Shown: piece after piece, positions 23,810 through 36,490 of the stretch
Numbering within the stretch: position 1 is the first letter of the stretch
Layout of the letters: the number at the start of each line of letters is the position of its first letter
NCBI GenBank assembly: GCA_030390025.1
Contig: JASTWF010000340.1
Span: forward strand, 186,001-250,000
Origin: Squalus acanthias
Lineage: Eukaryota
DNA: 64,000 bases
Direction: 5' to 3'
Notes under the pieces: model-generated
Databases searched by the model: none
What the model was told of the DNA's origin: nothing
The model's input: only the letters and a program-made list of their open reading frames with translations
Translations under genes and position numbers: made by a program

Positions 23810-24960
23810 AGTGTTTGAGTGTGTTTGAATGTGTGTGATTGTGTGTGTTTTTGTGTGTTTTAATATGGGTGTGTTTCTGTCTGTTTTAATATGAGGGTGT
23901 GTTTGAGTGTGTTTATGTGTGTTTTAATATGAGTGTGTGTTTGAGTGTGTGTATGTTTTAACATGAGTGAGTGTTTGAGTGTGTGTATGTGTGCTTTAAT
24001 ATGAGTGTGTGTTTGAGTGTGTTTATGTGTGTTTTAATATGAGGGTGTGTTTGAGTGCGTTTATGTGTGTTTTAATATGAGTGTGTGTTTGAGTGTGTGT
24101 ATGTTTTAACATGAGTGAGTGTTTGAGTGTGTGTATGTGTGCTTTCATATGAGTGTGTGTTTGCGTGTGTGTGTGTGTGTGTTTTAATATGAGTGGGTGT
24201 TTGAGTGTGTGTGTGTTTTAATATGAGTGTGTGTTTGACTGTGTGTGTGTGTTTTAATATGAGTGTGTGTTTGACTGTGTGTGTGTGTGTTTTAATATGA
24301 GTGGGTGTTTGAGTGTGTGTGTGTGTTTTAACATGAGTGTGTGTTTGATTGTGTGTGTGTGCTTTAATATGAGTGTGTGTTTGCGTGTGTGTGTTTTAAT
24401 ATGAGTGGTTGTTTGAGTGTGTGTGTGTTTTAATATGAGTGTGTGTTTGACTGTGTGTGTGTGTTTTAATATGAGTGGGTGTTTGAGTGTGTGTGTGTGT
24501 TTTAATATGAGTGTGTGTTTGATTGTGTGTGTGTTTTAATATGAGTGGGTGTTTGAGTGTGTGTGTGTTTTAATATGAGTGTGTGTTTGAGTGTGTGTGT
24601 GTTTTAATATGAGTGGGTGTTTGAGTGTGTGTGTGTGTTTTAATATGAGTGTGTGTTTGAGTGTCTGTGTGTTTTAATATGCTTGTGTGTTTGAGTGTGT
24701 GTATGTGTGTTTTAACATGAGGGTGTGCGTTAGTGTGTGTATGTGTGCTTTAATATGAGTGTGTGTTTGAGTGTGAGTGTATGCTTTAGGTCGAGTGAAT
24801 GTCTGTGTCTTTGAATGAACGTATGAGCATATATATGTGTTGTGTGTGTGCATGTTTGTGATTATGTATAAAAGTCTGTGTATATATGTATATGTATTTG
24901 TGAGTGTGTGTATGTATATACGTCTAATTGTGTGTTGGAGTGTGTGCGTGAGTGTGAGTG
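23810..24960. repeat. TG-rich compound minisatellite
   Basis: Tandem ~32-38 bp unit gttttaatatgagtgtgtgtttgagtgt(gt)n, degenerating into (TG/TA)n. Confidence 0.95.
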
Positions 24961-25088
24961 AGGAGCTTTTTTCTAATATGCAAATGAAGCCATGTATACA
25001 GGGTACAATATTTCCGGAACGTTTGGTTCTGAGCATTATCTTGGTCCAGTTTGGTTGAAATTGAAAATACAACACTTAATGTTCTTAC

Positions 25089-25116
25089 CACATTTCTCTG
25101 CTGCTTCTCCACTTCC
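25089..25116 (-). CDS. Ig-like receptor cytoplasmic micro-exon (28 nt)
   Basis: ttttcttctcag|...|gtaaga; phase 1 to 2, reads (G)KWRSSREM. Confidence 0.6.
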
Positions 25117-26039
25117 CTGAGAAGAAAATGTAAGTGTTAGAAATCTGAGCCAAATACTGGATTACAAAATAGGAATATGAGAAAAGTCAAAGAGCAGAAA
25201 AGGTCTTTCGGACTCAGAAACTTTTGCCCCAGCACCATAACTGTCCGACACAACCACCAAATGTTTTATGAAGAAACACGAAGGGTGTAATTTTAACCTA
25301 ACCCGTCGGTGGGCAACGGGCGAATTCAGGCAGGACTTCCGTTGTACACAACGCCGATTTCCCGCTCCGCTGCACGAAATTTTCATTCCATGCCTGTGGT
25401 CCAGATTTTCCTCTTCCATATTCATGTACTACCCGCACCACCTCCACAAAATCACCTCTCATCCGTCTCCTTCCAGACTTGATTACGGAGTTTCTCGAAT
25501 CATTCTTCATAATGTGACACTGTGGGTTGGAATTGCTCTTGACTGGTGAAGCAAAATGGGCGGTATCGCTCTCTCTGCCTGTTGTACACCAGACAGTACA
25601 TTCAGTTCCTCAGATGGGGCATATCACAGGTGGCCAATGTGATATCCTCCATCTTGCACTATCAAGCAAGACACATTTGTGCCCAAGTAATGCAGTAGCG
25701 CAAAAGTGGCGGCAGGTTTGAGCCGCCCATTCTACGATTAAATCTAGATTATATTGAAATCAATGGTGCTAAATATCGGACGGAGCCTATAACAGGCGGC
25801 CGATTAAAGTCCTCCCGTTATGTGCTTCCATCAAAGACGCATTTCTACCCAGGTCCCTTTCAGCTTCGACCTTCGCTATTTCACCTGTCAGTCTACGATT
25901 TCCTAATATTTACAGTCCGAGGTTAGGGGTCCAGTGGAAGATGGTTGGAGGAGGTTGTTAGTACTGGGTAAGTAGAGAGGCGGCAGTAAGCTTAGTCTGT
26001 GTGTCTGCAATGACGGATAATCCATGTTGTTTAACCCAC

Positions 26040-26129
26040 CTTTCTTCCAGAAGCACAAACCCAACAGAGCAAGGATGAGAATCAGACCCACAGCAGAGCC
26101 AACACCAGCCTCCATCGCAAAGGGTTTAT
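26040..26129 (-). CDS. Ig-like receptor transmembrane exon (DKPFAMEAGVGSAVGLILILALLGLCFWKK)
   Basis: ctttatctcatttag| acceptor, G|GTGGGT donor, 90 nt phase 1-1; hydrophobic helix without a charged residue, followed by KK. Confidence 0.8.
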
Positions 26130-27654
26130 CTAAATGAGATAAAGGGAAACAGCGGAACCAAGTTAATCAACTGTTTCTGCACAAAATATATACTCTGCAG
26201 CTTAACGGAAGCCAGCAATAGGCAGTGGATCCGGAGTGAATTCCAAAACAGAAAAAATAAATAAGCAATTAAAAGGTTGATATAAAATCATAGAATTGCA
26301 CTGAACGATATGAGTCCATTTCGCCCATCGTGCCTGTGCTGGCTCTTTGAAATAACTATAGAATTAGTATCACAACTCTACTCATTCCTCATAGCCCTGC
26401 ATTTTTTCTCATTTTCAAGAATTTATCCGGTTCCCTTTGGAATCTTCATCTCACCTCTGTTTTTTGCCAGTTATCTTAAATCTGTGCCCTCTGGTTAACG
26501 ACCCTCCTGCCAGTAGAATCAGTTTATGCTTATCTACTGTATCGTAAACCCTCATCATGTTGAAAAGTTCCATTAAATCTCCCGTTAACATTCTCTGCTC
26601 TAAGGTGAACGACCCCAGATTCCCTTGTCTCTTCACATAAAATGACATAGCATTTCCAACACTCGCGATACTTAATTGTAGCGATTCCTTGGATTTGCAC
26701 TGTTTCGATTAAGTGCCTCAGATGTTCAAAGTCTGTCTCTCTTCCTCTCTGTTTTTCTTATAAAAGACCCGCATTAAATCAGTGCTGCAAAATCAGCGAA
26801 TCAGTAATAAAGTCGGCGGGGGTTTGGCACGCAGGTGACGTCACAATTCACTGGGTGAACTTGACGCAGCACGAAGATCATTCTCATTGTTCGATTGATT
26901 AGGTGCCTCATTAATTGTTTTACTCTTTCATTGGATATTAACCGTGTTCTAGGACCAAGCGACTCTTCCCAGCTGGCGGCAAAAATATAACAGACTGTGT
27001 GTAAATTAGTCAGTTTAATTCGGTATTTTCATTCTGGTCATTGCGTCAAAACTGCTCATGCGAGGAGAGAATGAGATGACCTAAAGTTTCAGGTGCGGGC
27101 CTTGGTCAGAACATCCTGCTCTCTCCACAGAGGCCGACTGAACTGTTGTATATTTCAAACAGCTGATAGTTTTTTTTGCTTTTTATGTTAAAATGACCTT
27201 TTGTTAAAGTCGGTAACGTGGATATATTTTTTTCTCAGCTTCCCTAGGGGGCAACCTTGGACAATTAGAGAATCGTTGAGGAACTACAAGAGAAAGCGAG
27301 TGAATCAAACTTTTAATCGGAGTTGGAGAAGTAAAACCATTCAACGATTAGCGCTTTAATTCTGCCATCTGTCACGCGGTAAGTAGCGAACATTTAAGGG
27401 AATAAGCCTCAAAGGGTATTCGGGCACTGGGGCAAAAGCGGACGTTGTCGCATCGCACGCCTGTTCAGTTCAATAGAACGGGGTTTAAGGCGGGCGGCCT
27501 ATGAGACACCGTCCAAGAAGAATTTTAACACCTGGATGTCATTTCCCCGGCAGTTTTAATCCTTAAACAGAAAATCTGATGCGGACTAGCAATGACTCAA
27601 AAACTCCTTGTACTGGGGTACGATGAATACAGAGATTGTGTGAATCTCACTCAC

Positions 27655-27951
27655 CTCCTACAGTTATATGTACCGGGTCACTCAGAGCTGATGTCAGCCG
27701 CCTTCCCCTCACATCCGCTTCATACAGACAGGAGTGATTTCCTCCTTCGGCGTGATCAATATTCCTGATGGTGAAGGTGACAGAATAACACCCTGCAGCA
27801 GCAGGCTGGACATCCGAGTAATTCGTTTTCCCTTGATGGTATAAGTAAAATGTGATGCCAGGAAGCTCCCGGGGGCTTGTACAGTTAAAGATGACTTCTC
27901 CACTCTTCACAACAACATTGGAATCCATTGATATATTTGGTTTGGGTAGAT
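27655..27951 (-). CDS. Ig-like receptor membrane-proximal C2-type Ig exon
   Basis: 297 nt phase 1-1, G|GTGAGT donor; DLPKPNIS...VIFNCTS...FYLYHQG...GGNHSCLY...SALSDPVHITV (LILR/GP6/OSCAR-like motifs). Confidence 0.85.
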
Positions 27952-28139
27952 CTGTATTTCGAAAGGAACAAGTAGTGACCATCGATTCAAAATGCAATAC
28001 AGACTTATTCTTTTGAACCAAAAAATGAATAAGCTGAACTTGTGTAAACAGGGCATAATTGAAAAGTTTGGAGAAGACACGACAGTCGAAAATATATTGA
28101 GCAGTGAGGAGGATATCAACACACATCAAGAGGACATGA

Positions 28140-28455
28140 TTCTGCTATTCCCATGTACACCTCTTCTAGACCCATCTTTTCTTTCTTTACTGGTCCCATA
28201 CCATCTCCTTTTGCATTGTACAATCAGACCATCTATCATTTAATTTTTCCAGCATTCCAAACTATCACAGACCTTCCCCTTTGATCTTTTCACACTTTCC
28301 CCCCTTTCCCTGCCTCTGCCTTTGCTTAAAGTCTTTTATATCGCGAAGTTTTTTGCAGTTCTGAGGAAAGGTCATCAATCTGAACTGTTAACTCTGTTTC
28401 TCTCTCTACAGATGCTGTCTAGCCTGCTGAGTATTTCCAGCATGTTCTGTTTTTA
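28140..28455 (+). mobile_element. PLE-derived/MER6-like 3' fragment
   Basis: gttctgaggaaaggtcatcaatctgaactgttaactctgtttctctc..cagatgctg..ctgctgagtatttccagc. Confidence 0.65.
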
Positions 28456-28459
28456 ATTC

Positions 28460-29460
28460 AGGAGTACATAGACAGACTGGTGAAATTGAGAGAAACATGG
28501 GGGCAGAAGAAATTTAACACAGAGAAGTGTGAAGTGACACATTTTGGTAAGAAAGAATGAGGAGGGACAGTATAAACGAAATGGTACAATTTTAAACGTG
28601 GTGCAGGAACAACGGGACCTGGGGTGCACATATACAAGTCTTTGAAGGTGGCGGGATAGGCTGAGGAAACATTTAAAGAAAAGCTTTATCAAACTGAGGT
28701 TGAGACTACAAAGTCAAAGAAGATATGCTAAAGCTGTAGAAATCATTGGTTAGACGCCATGTAGGAATACCGTGTTTCGGAAGGATGTCAATGCCTTAGA
28801 GACGGTGTAGAGGAGATTTACCAGAATGCTTCCAGCGATGAGGGATTTCAGTAATATTGAGAGGCTGGTGAAACTGTGATTGATTTCCTCAGAGCAGAGA
28901 AGGTTGAGTAGAGATTTAATAGAGGTGATCAAAATCGTGAAGGGTTTTGATAAAGTAAATAAGTATGAACTTTTTCCAGTGACAGAAAGGTAGGTAACCA
29001 GGGGTCGCAGGTCTGATTGTACAAATCAAATTTCCTCTCAACCTTTTCTGCTCTAAGGAGAACAAACCCAGCTTATCTAATATGTCCACGTAACTGAAGT
29101 CCGTAATCCCTGGAATCGTCAATGTAAATCTTCTGTGCCCCTCTCTGAGGCCTTCACACCATTCCTAATGTGCGTTGCCCAGAATTAGACACAATACTCC
29201 AGTTGAGGCCGGTAAAGTGTTTTATAAAAGTTTATTATAACTTCCTTGCTGTTTTACTTTATGCCACTATTTAAGAAGTTCAGGATCCCGTATGCTTTTA
29301 TAACCGGTATCTCAAACTGCCCTGCCACCTTCAACGATGTGTGCACATATACCTCCAGGTCTCTCTGTTTACAAACATCCTTTAGGATTTTACCCTTTAG
29401 TTTTTATTGCCTCTCCTCGTTCTTCCTACCAAAATATATCAAGTCTTATTCTTCTACGTT
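28460..29460. mobile_element. Two CR1 fragments in opposite orientation (+ 28460-29010, - 29025-29460)
   Basis: Degenerate CR1 RT C-terminal sequence on each strand. Confidence 0.7.
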
Positions 29461-29485
29461 AATATATTTGGTATTGTTACCGCAT
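29461..29485 (-). pseudogene. Truncated relic of a further Ig exon (acceptor plus DAVTIPNI)
   Basis: 29486-29600 aligns with the acceptor and upstream intron of the Ig exons ending at 34260 and 36490; the exon body is replaced by CR1 sequence. Confidence 0.6.
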
Positions 29486-31717
29486 CTGTGGTAAAATAAA
29501 TGGAAAGAAGATCGGAAATGGATTTCTGCATTTTCTTGTGCCATGAAAGGCTGGTAACTCAATAACGATTGTGTCGTGTTAAATTGAAATGTTCGCATCG
29601 GCGATTGAGATTCGACAAAAGGGGAATTGAAGGCTTCAAACAGAGATTGGACAGAAAAAAATCATTTGGGGATCTTGTTCCAAAACCTGGGCTTAAAGCT
29701 GAAATTTCCATCTTTGATACCAGGAGAAGAAGTGTTCGTTTGAAATTAACATTTCTGATAATTTCGTCTAGCCATACGGATTAAAAGGAGTGAGCAACTC
29801 CCATAAACCGTGTGGAGTTGCATTTCACATAAAGCAGTTCAGGGTTGCTGGGCTCTAGAATGTGGGCTTCGCTGGCAAGTCCAGCATTTAGTGCCCGACC
29901 CCAGTTGCCCTTGAGGAGATGGTGGTCGGCCTTCTTCTTGAACCCATTTGTGCTCCCACAATGCTGTTCGGTATGGACTTCCAAGATTTTGAGCGAGCGA
30001 CGATGAAGGAACGCCAGATATATCTCCAAGTCAGGATGGTGTGTGAACTGGAGGTGGAACTAGGTATGATGCTGTCCCCATGCAACTACTGCCACCCTCC
30101 TTTTTGATGATGAAGGTCGAGGGTTTTCGAGGTGTAGACGAAATGCAATCCATTGAGGGATATGGAAACCTAAAATGTACTTAAGTTAAAATATTTCGCT
30201 TATCAGGATGTTTTTCTAAATCACGTTACACAGTTTCGGTTACCTGACGGAGACTCTGTAATCTGACAAGGCCAGCCAGCCTGGCGGTGCCTCATGAGGT
30301 GAATATACACTCAGTGGAGTAAAAAATCTGGCAGGATTAAGCCATTTGACATTAAACATTCCACTGTGGCAGTTCCAGACATTTAGGGAGAAAATTTGGA
30401 AATCAGGGTCATATTTGGTGTGTTTATAACAGACAGCCTGCAGTTCCCCAGTCAGAATATCTTATCTGCACATCGCTAATTATCGGGTCTCTCAGCTCCA
30501 TAACACTGCATTCCGTCAGTACTAAGTCACAGGGGCAAATGCAAACTAGCACGATATTACACTCCATCCAAGTCAATGGAGGGTATAATTGGGCGGATAT
30601 TAAAACGTAAGGCCGATCCCTATCCGCCTCTTTCCCGCCTGGAGGATGTGGTTAGATTTACCCTCCAAGTGTCGCCGCGGACTGTGAGCTCATGTTTTTC
30701 GTTGGGGTTGAATTCACAACATTCAGACGCAATGGAGTATAAAATCGTCTTTTACAGTAGCCTAAAGCAGGCGATAACACATCGTCAGCACGTTTTATTC
30801 ATCGCCTGATTTCCGTTCCCATTGCCTTCAATGGAATCAGATACCGGACGGGTGTGAATCGGGCGGCCGATTCGCTTTCGCCCGTTTTGCACGCCCTCCC
30901 GTGACGAATTTCACACCCTTATCTCCAGTAACGCTGTTTGCCGCTAACAGGTGCACAGCGAGTGATTGCACGGCCCAATGTTTCATGAATTCTGTCAAGA
31001 GTTGAGCAATAAGATTAAAACCTAACCTCACTATTTAAGAAAGGAGGGAGAGAGAAAACGGGGAAACACAGACCAATTAGCCTGACATCAGTAACAGGGA
31101 AAATGTTCGAATCTGTTATTGAGGAAATGGTAATGGGCACTTAGAAAATAATAATAGTATTGGGCAAAGTTAACACGGATTTATGAAACTGAAATCGTGT
31201 TTGACAAATCTGTTAGAGTTTTTGGAGGTTTTAACTAGCAGAATAGCTAAGGGGGAATCAGTGGATGTGGTGCATTTGGATTTTCGGAAGGCATTCGATA
31301 ATTTGCCACACAGGAGGTTAATAAACAACATTAGGGCACATGGGATTGGGGATAATATATTTTCATGAATTGAGGATTTGTTAACGGACAGAACACAGAG
31401 AGGAAGAATAATAGGGTCATTTTCGGGTTGGCAGGCTCTAACTAGTGGGTTAACGTAAGGTTCAGTGCTTGGGCCTCAGTTATTCACAATCTACATCAAT
31501 GATTTGGATGAAGGGATCAATTGTAATATATCCAAGTTTGCAGTTGATACAAAGCTGGTGCAACATATGTTGTGAGGAGTATGTAAGAAGGCTTCAAGGT
31601 AACATTGACAGGCAAAGTGAGTGGGCAAGATCACGGCAAATGTAATAAAATGTGGAGAAATGTGCATCTAGAACCAGGGTCCAAAGTCTCAGTTTACGGG
31701 GTCGGCCATTTAGAAAT

Positions 31718-33559
31718 TTAGGAACACTCCTCGCCACGATGGACGTCTCGGCACTCTACACCAGTATCCCCCAAAATGACGGCATCGCTTCGACAGCCTC
31801 AGTACTCAGCACCAACAACAGCCAATATCCAGATGCCATCCTACAACTCATCTGCTTCATCCTTGACCATAATGTCTTCACCTTCGACAACCAGTTTTTT
31901 ACCCAAACACACGGAACAGCTATGGGGACCAAATTCGCACCCCAATACCCCCACATCTTCATGTACAAGTTCGAACAAAACGTCTTCGCTGCACAGGCCC
32001 TCCAACTAACGCTATACACCAGATACATCGACGACATTTTCTTCCTATGGACCAAAGGCGTAGAATCACTGAAAAGACTACCCGATAACATCAACAAGTT
32101 CCAGCCCACCATCAAACTCACCATAGACCACTCCTCAGAATCAGTTTAATTCTTTGACACACGAATCTCCATCAAAGGCGGATACCTCAGCATTTCACTC
32201 TACCGCAAGCCCACGGACAACCTCACGATGCTTCACTTCTCCAGCTTCCACCCTAACCACGTTAAAGAAGCCATCCCCTATGGACAAGCCCTGCGAATAC
32301 ACAGGATCTGCTCAGACGTGGAGGAACGCGATGGACACCTACAAACGCTGAAAGACGCCCTCGTAAGAACAGGATATGACGCTCGACTTGTGGATCGACA
32401 GTTCCGACGGGCCACAGCGAGAAATCGCATAGACCTCCTCAGAAGACAAACAGGGGACACAACCAACAGAGTACCCTACAACGTCCTGTACTTCCCCGGA
32501 GCGGAGAAACTACGCCATGTTCTTCGGAACCTTCAACATGTCATCGATGACGCCGAAAACCTCGCTAAGGCCATCCCCACGCCTCCACTCCTCGCCTTCA
32601 AACAGCCCCTTAACCTCAAACAGACTATCGTTCGCAGCAAATTACCCAGCTTTCAGGAGTACAGCGTCCACGACACCACACAACCCTGCGACAGCAACCT
32701 CTGCAAGACATGCCAGAGCATCAACACAGATATCATCATCACACGTGAGGACACCACCCACCAGGTACATGGTACATACTCATGTGTCTCGGTCAAAGTT
32801 GACTACCTCATACGTTGCAGGAAAGGATGCCCCGGAGCATGGTACATCAGCGAGACCATGCAGACACTGCGACAACGTATGAACGGACACCGCACAACAA
32901 TGACCAGGCAGGAGTGTTGCCTCCCAGTCGGGGAACAGTTCAGCAATCAAGGACATTCAGCCTCCGATCTTCGGGTAAGCGTTCTCCAAGGCGTCTTCGA
33001 GATACACGACAACACATAATCGTCGAGCAGAAATTGATAGCCAAGCTTTGCACCCATGAGGACGGCCTCAACCGGGATCTTGGGTTCATGTCACGCTACC
33101 TGTAACCCCACCTGACGTAGAGTCATCCAGACTCGAGTCGTCGTTGGCTTGTTCTCTCTACACAGATGCGGCCGGGCCTGCTGTGATTTCCAGCAAAAAA
33201 AGTTTTTGTTTTCCATACAGACCCCAGCATCTGACAGATTTGAGCCCTTGTGAGCCCACCTCATTGTCTTTGATGTAATGTTTTCCTCACTGACCTGTTT
33301 GGACACCATCCACACCTTTGATTGCCGTGATTATCTCTCTGCCGAGGTGTGATAAAGGGCAGTTAGAAAGATTAACTGTAATCATCTGGCAGTGTTCTCT
33401 GACTAGATATGCTGTGCCTATATGCATCTCTTCACTTCAACTGACGAAGGAGCAGCGCTCCGAAAGCTTGTGATTTTAAATAAAGCTGTTGGACTATAAC
33501 CTGGTGTTGTGCGACTTTTCACATTTGCACACCCCAGTCCAAAACCGGCATCTCCACAT
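31718..33559 (+). mobile_element. Penelope-like element (Neptune-type), 5' truncated: RT, Cys linker, GIY-YIG endonuclease and pLTR
   Basis: TMDVSALYTSIP, GTAMGTKFAP, RYIDDIFFLW, PCDSNLCKTC, YLIRC...WYISET...RQRMNGH; 11-bp TSD CATTTAGAAAT (31707-31717/33560-33570). Confidence 0.9.
33437..33473 (+). ncRNA. Minimal hammerhead ribozyme motif in the PLE terminal repeat
   Basis: CTGACGA-A-GGAGC(AGC)GCTCC-GAAA-GCTT-GTGA: catalytic core, helix II and palindromic helix III. Confidence 0.7.
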
Positions 33560-33966
33560 CATTTAGAAATGAGATGAGGAGAAATTTCTCCACTGAGAGG
33601 ATGGTGAATCTTTGGCACTCAGTATCCCATGGGACTGTGAAGGCTCAGTCCTTGATTATATTCAAGACAGAGGTCGATAGATTTTTTGAATATTAAGGGA
33701 ATCAAGGGACATGTGCATAGTGCAGGAAAGAGGAGATGCTCTCGGTGATTGCGAATGATCGTACTGAATTGCGGAGCAGGCTTGAAGTACCAACTGGCCT
33801 AATCCTGCTCCTGTTTCTTATATTCTTATGTTCTTAAAACCAATCCTGTTGTTTTCCTCTCTCTTAATATTAAACCATTAATTCAGTTGCAGTGGTTAAA
33901 TCCTGATTTTATAAACATACGAAGAGTGATGAAAAAAATGAGAAATCTCTGCTCTCTTTCACTCAC

Positions 33967-34260
33967 CTGCTTCAGTGACCGTCACAGACTCGCTGCGTTG
34001 AGATTCTAACCTCCTCCCCATGACGGAGGTTCTATATCGGCACTGGTACCGCCCTCCTTGGCCTTTAGTGGCAACCGGGAATTTTCCAATTTTGTCCTTT
34101 GTGACAATTTGATCGGTTTGCAGATATTAATTATCTTTGTAAAAGTAGAAGGTTTTAACGCGATAATCTCCGGTCACGGTGCAGGTCATGGTGACCGTCT
34201 CTCCTACTACATACACCCCAGTCGGTTGATCAAGAGATATCACGGGCGGTGTTAGCGGAC
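33967..34260 (-). pseudogene. Duplicated Ig exon with an in-frame stop
   Basis: 294 nt phase 1-1 with intact splice sites; close paralog of 36200-36490; TAA at 34127-34129 where the paralog has CAA (FYFYKDN*YL). Confidence 0.85.
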
Positions 34261-34859
34261 CTGTGGTAAATTAAATAGAAATAACATTTAGAAATGGATC
34301 TGCGGATTTTCATGTACAGTGCAAATTTGGGAACTCAATGATGATTGTGCGGTGTTAAAGCGCAGTTTCACATCGGATACAAAGATTCCACAAAAGGGGA
34401 CTGCGGGATTTGATTACAAAGAAACAAAGAAAGACGTCCATTCCTCTAGCACCTTTCATGACCCCTGGACGTCTCAATGCGCTTTACCACCAATTTACTA
34501 CTTTTGAAGTGTAGTCGCTGTTGTAAAGAAGGAAATCAAATTGCGGAGCCAAAGAACCTAAATCTGCTCGAGTTCTCTATACAAAGTCCGGTTTAAGGCC
34601 AGAGATTTTACTCTGGGATACGAGCGCAACAAGGAAATGGCTGCTTGGGAAATCCTCAGTACTGCTAATTTATCCCAGGTGTAGATGCGATCAAAAAGAG
34701 TCAAAGTCTCCATTATACCCGCATCGCGATTGGTGACCTGTACAAGTGCAAGTATGAAACCTCCGCCAAGGGAAGGCAGTTAGAAACCAATCTCAGCGGG
34801 GCTGTGACCGTCAGACATTTCAAAAAATTGAGCCGTTATTGTGAGCCATCAATTGTTGT

Positions 34860-35600
34860 TATCATTACTGTTGTGGTTGTCGCTGGCATGGTTGGCAACA
34901 ACTGTCCGTCCCCAGTTTCCTCTTCAGAAGCTGATGACTGGCCTTCGATTTGAACCACAGCGAGTCCGGTGCGGTCAAAGTGCACAACAATGCAGTGAGT
35001 TCTAAGATTTTGACCGACCGACGATGAAGCAACAGCGATACATTTCCAAGTCAGGATGGTGTGTTACTTGGAGGTCAACGGGGAAGTGCTGCTGTTCCCA
35101 TGCGCCTGCTGCGCTTTCCTTTCTAGATGGTTGAGTTCGCAGGTTTGGGAGGTGCTGCCGAATAAGCCTTGGTGAGTTGCTGAAGTGCATTTTGTAGATG
35201 GTATACAATGCAGCCACTGTGCTCCGGTGGTGGACGGCCTGAATGTTTAATGTGGTGCATGACCTGCCAATCAAGCGGGCTGCTTTGTCCTGGATAGGGT
35301 CCAGCTTGCTGAGTTGGACCTGCTCTCACCCAGGCATGTGGAGAGTATTCCATCAAACACCTGACTTGTGCAAGTAGATGTTAGAATGTCTTTGCAGAGT
35401 CAGGAGGTGAGTCATTCGCCTCAGAATTCCTCGCCAGCGAACTCCTCTAGTAGCCACAGTGATTATGTGGAGTGGAACTTCTAGTTGATGGTGTTAGAGT
35501 AGAATTGAGAGGTGATGTTGTTCCCATGCGCCTGCTGCCCTTGTCCTTCTGGGTGGTGAAGGTCCCGTTTAAGTGAAGTGCTGCCGAAATGCAATGCAGA
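34860..35600 (-). mobile_element. Non-LTR retrotransposon 3' fragment (clade uncertain; related pieces at 6500-6830, 29860-30140, 37090-37520)
   Basis: MEYSP.AW...HHRSTVAA..TIYKMH.SNSPRL.RQHLPN motif, shared among the copies. Confidence 0.6.
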
Positions 35601-36199
35601 GAGAGATATGGAACACCACAACGTAATTAGATTAATATATCGCGCATAACAAGGTCCTTTTGAAAGTATCGGAACGCAGATTCTGTTGTCTGACAGAGAA
35701 ACCTGTAATGTGTCAAGGCCAGTCAGTCGGGAGAGATTCTTGAGGTGACGCTACACACAGTGGAGTTAATATCCCTGGCGCCGTGCTGTCATTGTGGCAC
35801 TAAACTTTGATAGTTGAAACATATACTGCAGCATTTTTTTCTTAGGTGGTTCCAAGAAACAGGTGGTCACGATTCGATTTGAAACACATAATTAAATGGA
35901 AAAGAAAATCAGGCGGGGCATAAAACGGGCGGACGAATATCTATTGCCCCCTGCATATTTTACTCCCTTATCCAGTAACGACGTTTGCTGGTAATACATT
36001 CACAACAGGAGAATGCAGGGGCCAGTTTTACAGGGATCCTGTCTCGAGTTGAGCAATAAGATCAAAACCCATTCGGTTATATTCCTCTCTCCTAATATTA
36101 AACCATTCATTTTGTTAAAGTGATTAAAGCCTGATTTTATAAAAAATATCATGAGCGATGAAAGAAACAGATGAAAAATCTCTGCTCCCTGTCACTTAC

Positions 36200-36490
36200 C
36201 TGCTACAGTGACCGTCACAGAATCGCTGTGATGAGATACTAACCACCACCCATTAACGGAGGTTCTATACGCGCACTGGTACCGCCCTCCTCGGTCTGTA
36301 CTGGTAACCCGTAATGTTCCAATGCTGTTCTTTGGGACAATTTGATCGGTTTTCAGATATTGATTATCTTTGTAAAAGTAGAACTTTTTATCGCGATAAT
36401 CTCCGGTCAAAGTGCAGGAAATGGTGACCGTCTCTCCTACTACATACACCCCAGTCGGTTGATTAAGAAAAATCACTGGCGTTAGCGGAT
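36200..36490 (-). CDS. Ig-like receptor N-terminal C2-type Ig exon
   Basis: 291 nt phase 1-1, tttaccacag| and G|GTAAGT; DPLTPVIFL...GETVTISC...FYFYKD...GGRYQCAY...SHHSDSVTVTV. Confidence 0.85.

Larger units (their letters stand above)
31023..33833 (+). mobile_element. CR1 LINE fragment hosting a Penelope-like insertion
   Basis: KSCLTNLLEF...DFRKAFD motifs; flanked by TTAAAACC (31015-31022/33834-33841); absent from the paralogous intron at ~36065. Confidence 0.8.

Noticed and set aside
24674..25112. His/Thr-rich and Val/Cys-rich ORFs
   Set aside because: These are translations of the TG/CA repeat.
31652..33019. Telomerase or retron-like reverse transcriptase system
   Set aside because: RT plus C-terminal GIY-YIG, pLTR and TSD is the standard Penelope-like architecture, and this copy has stops and frameshifts.
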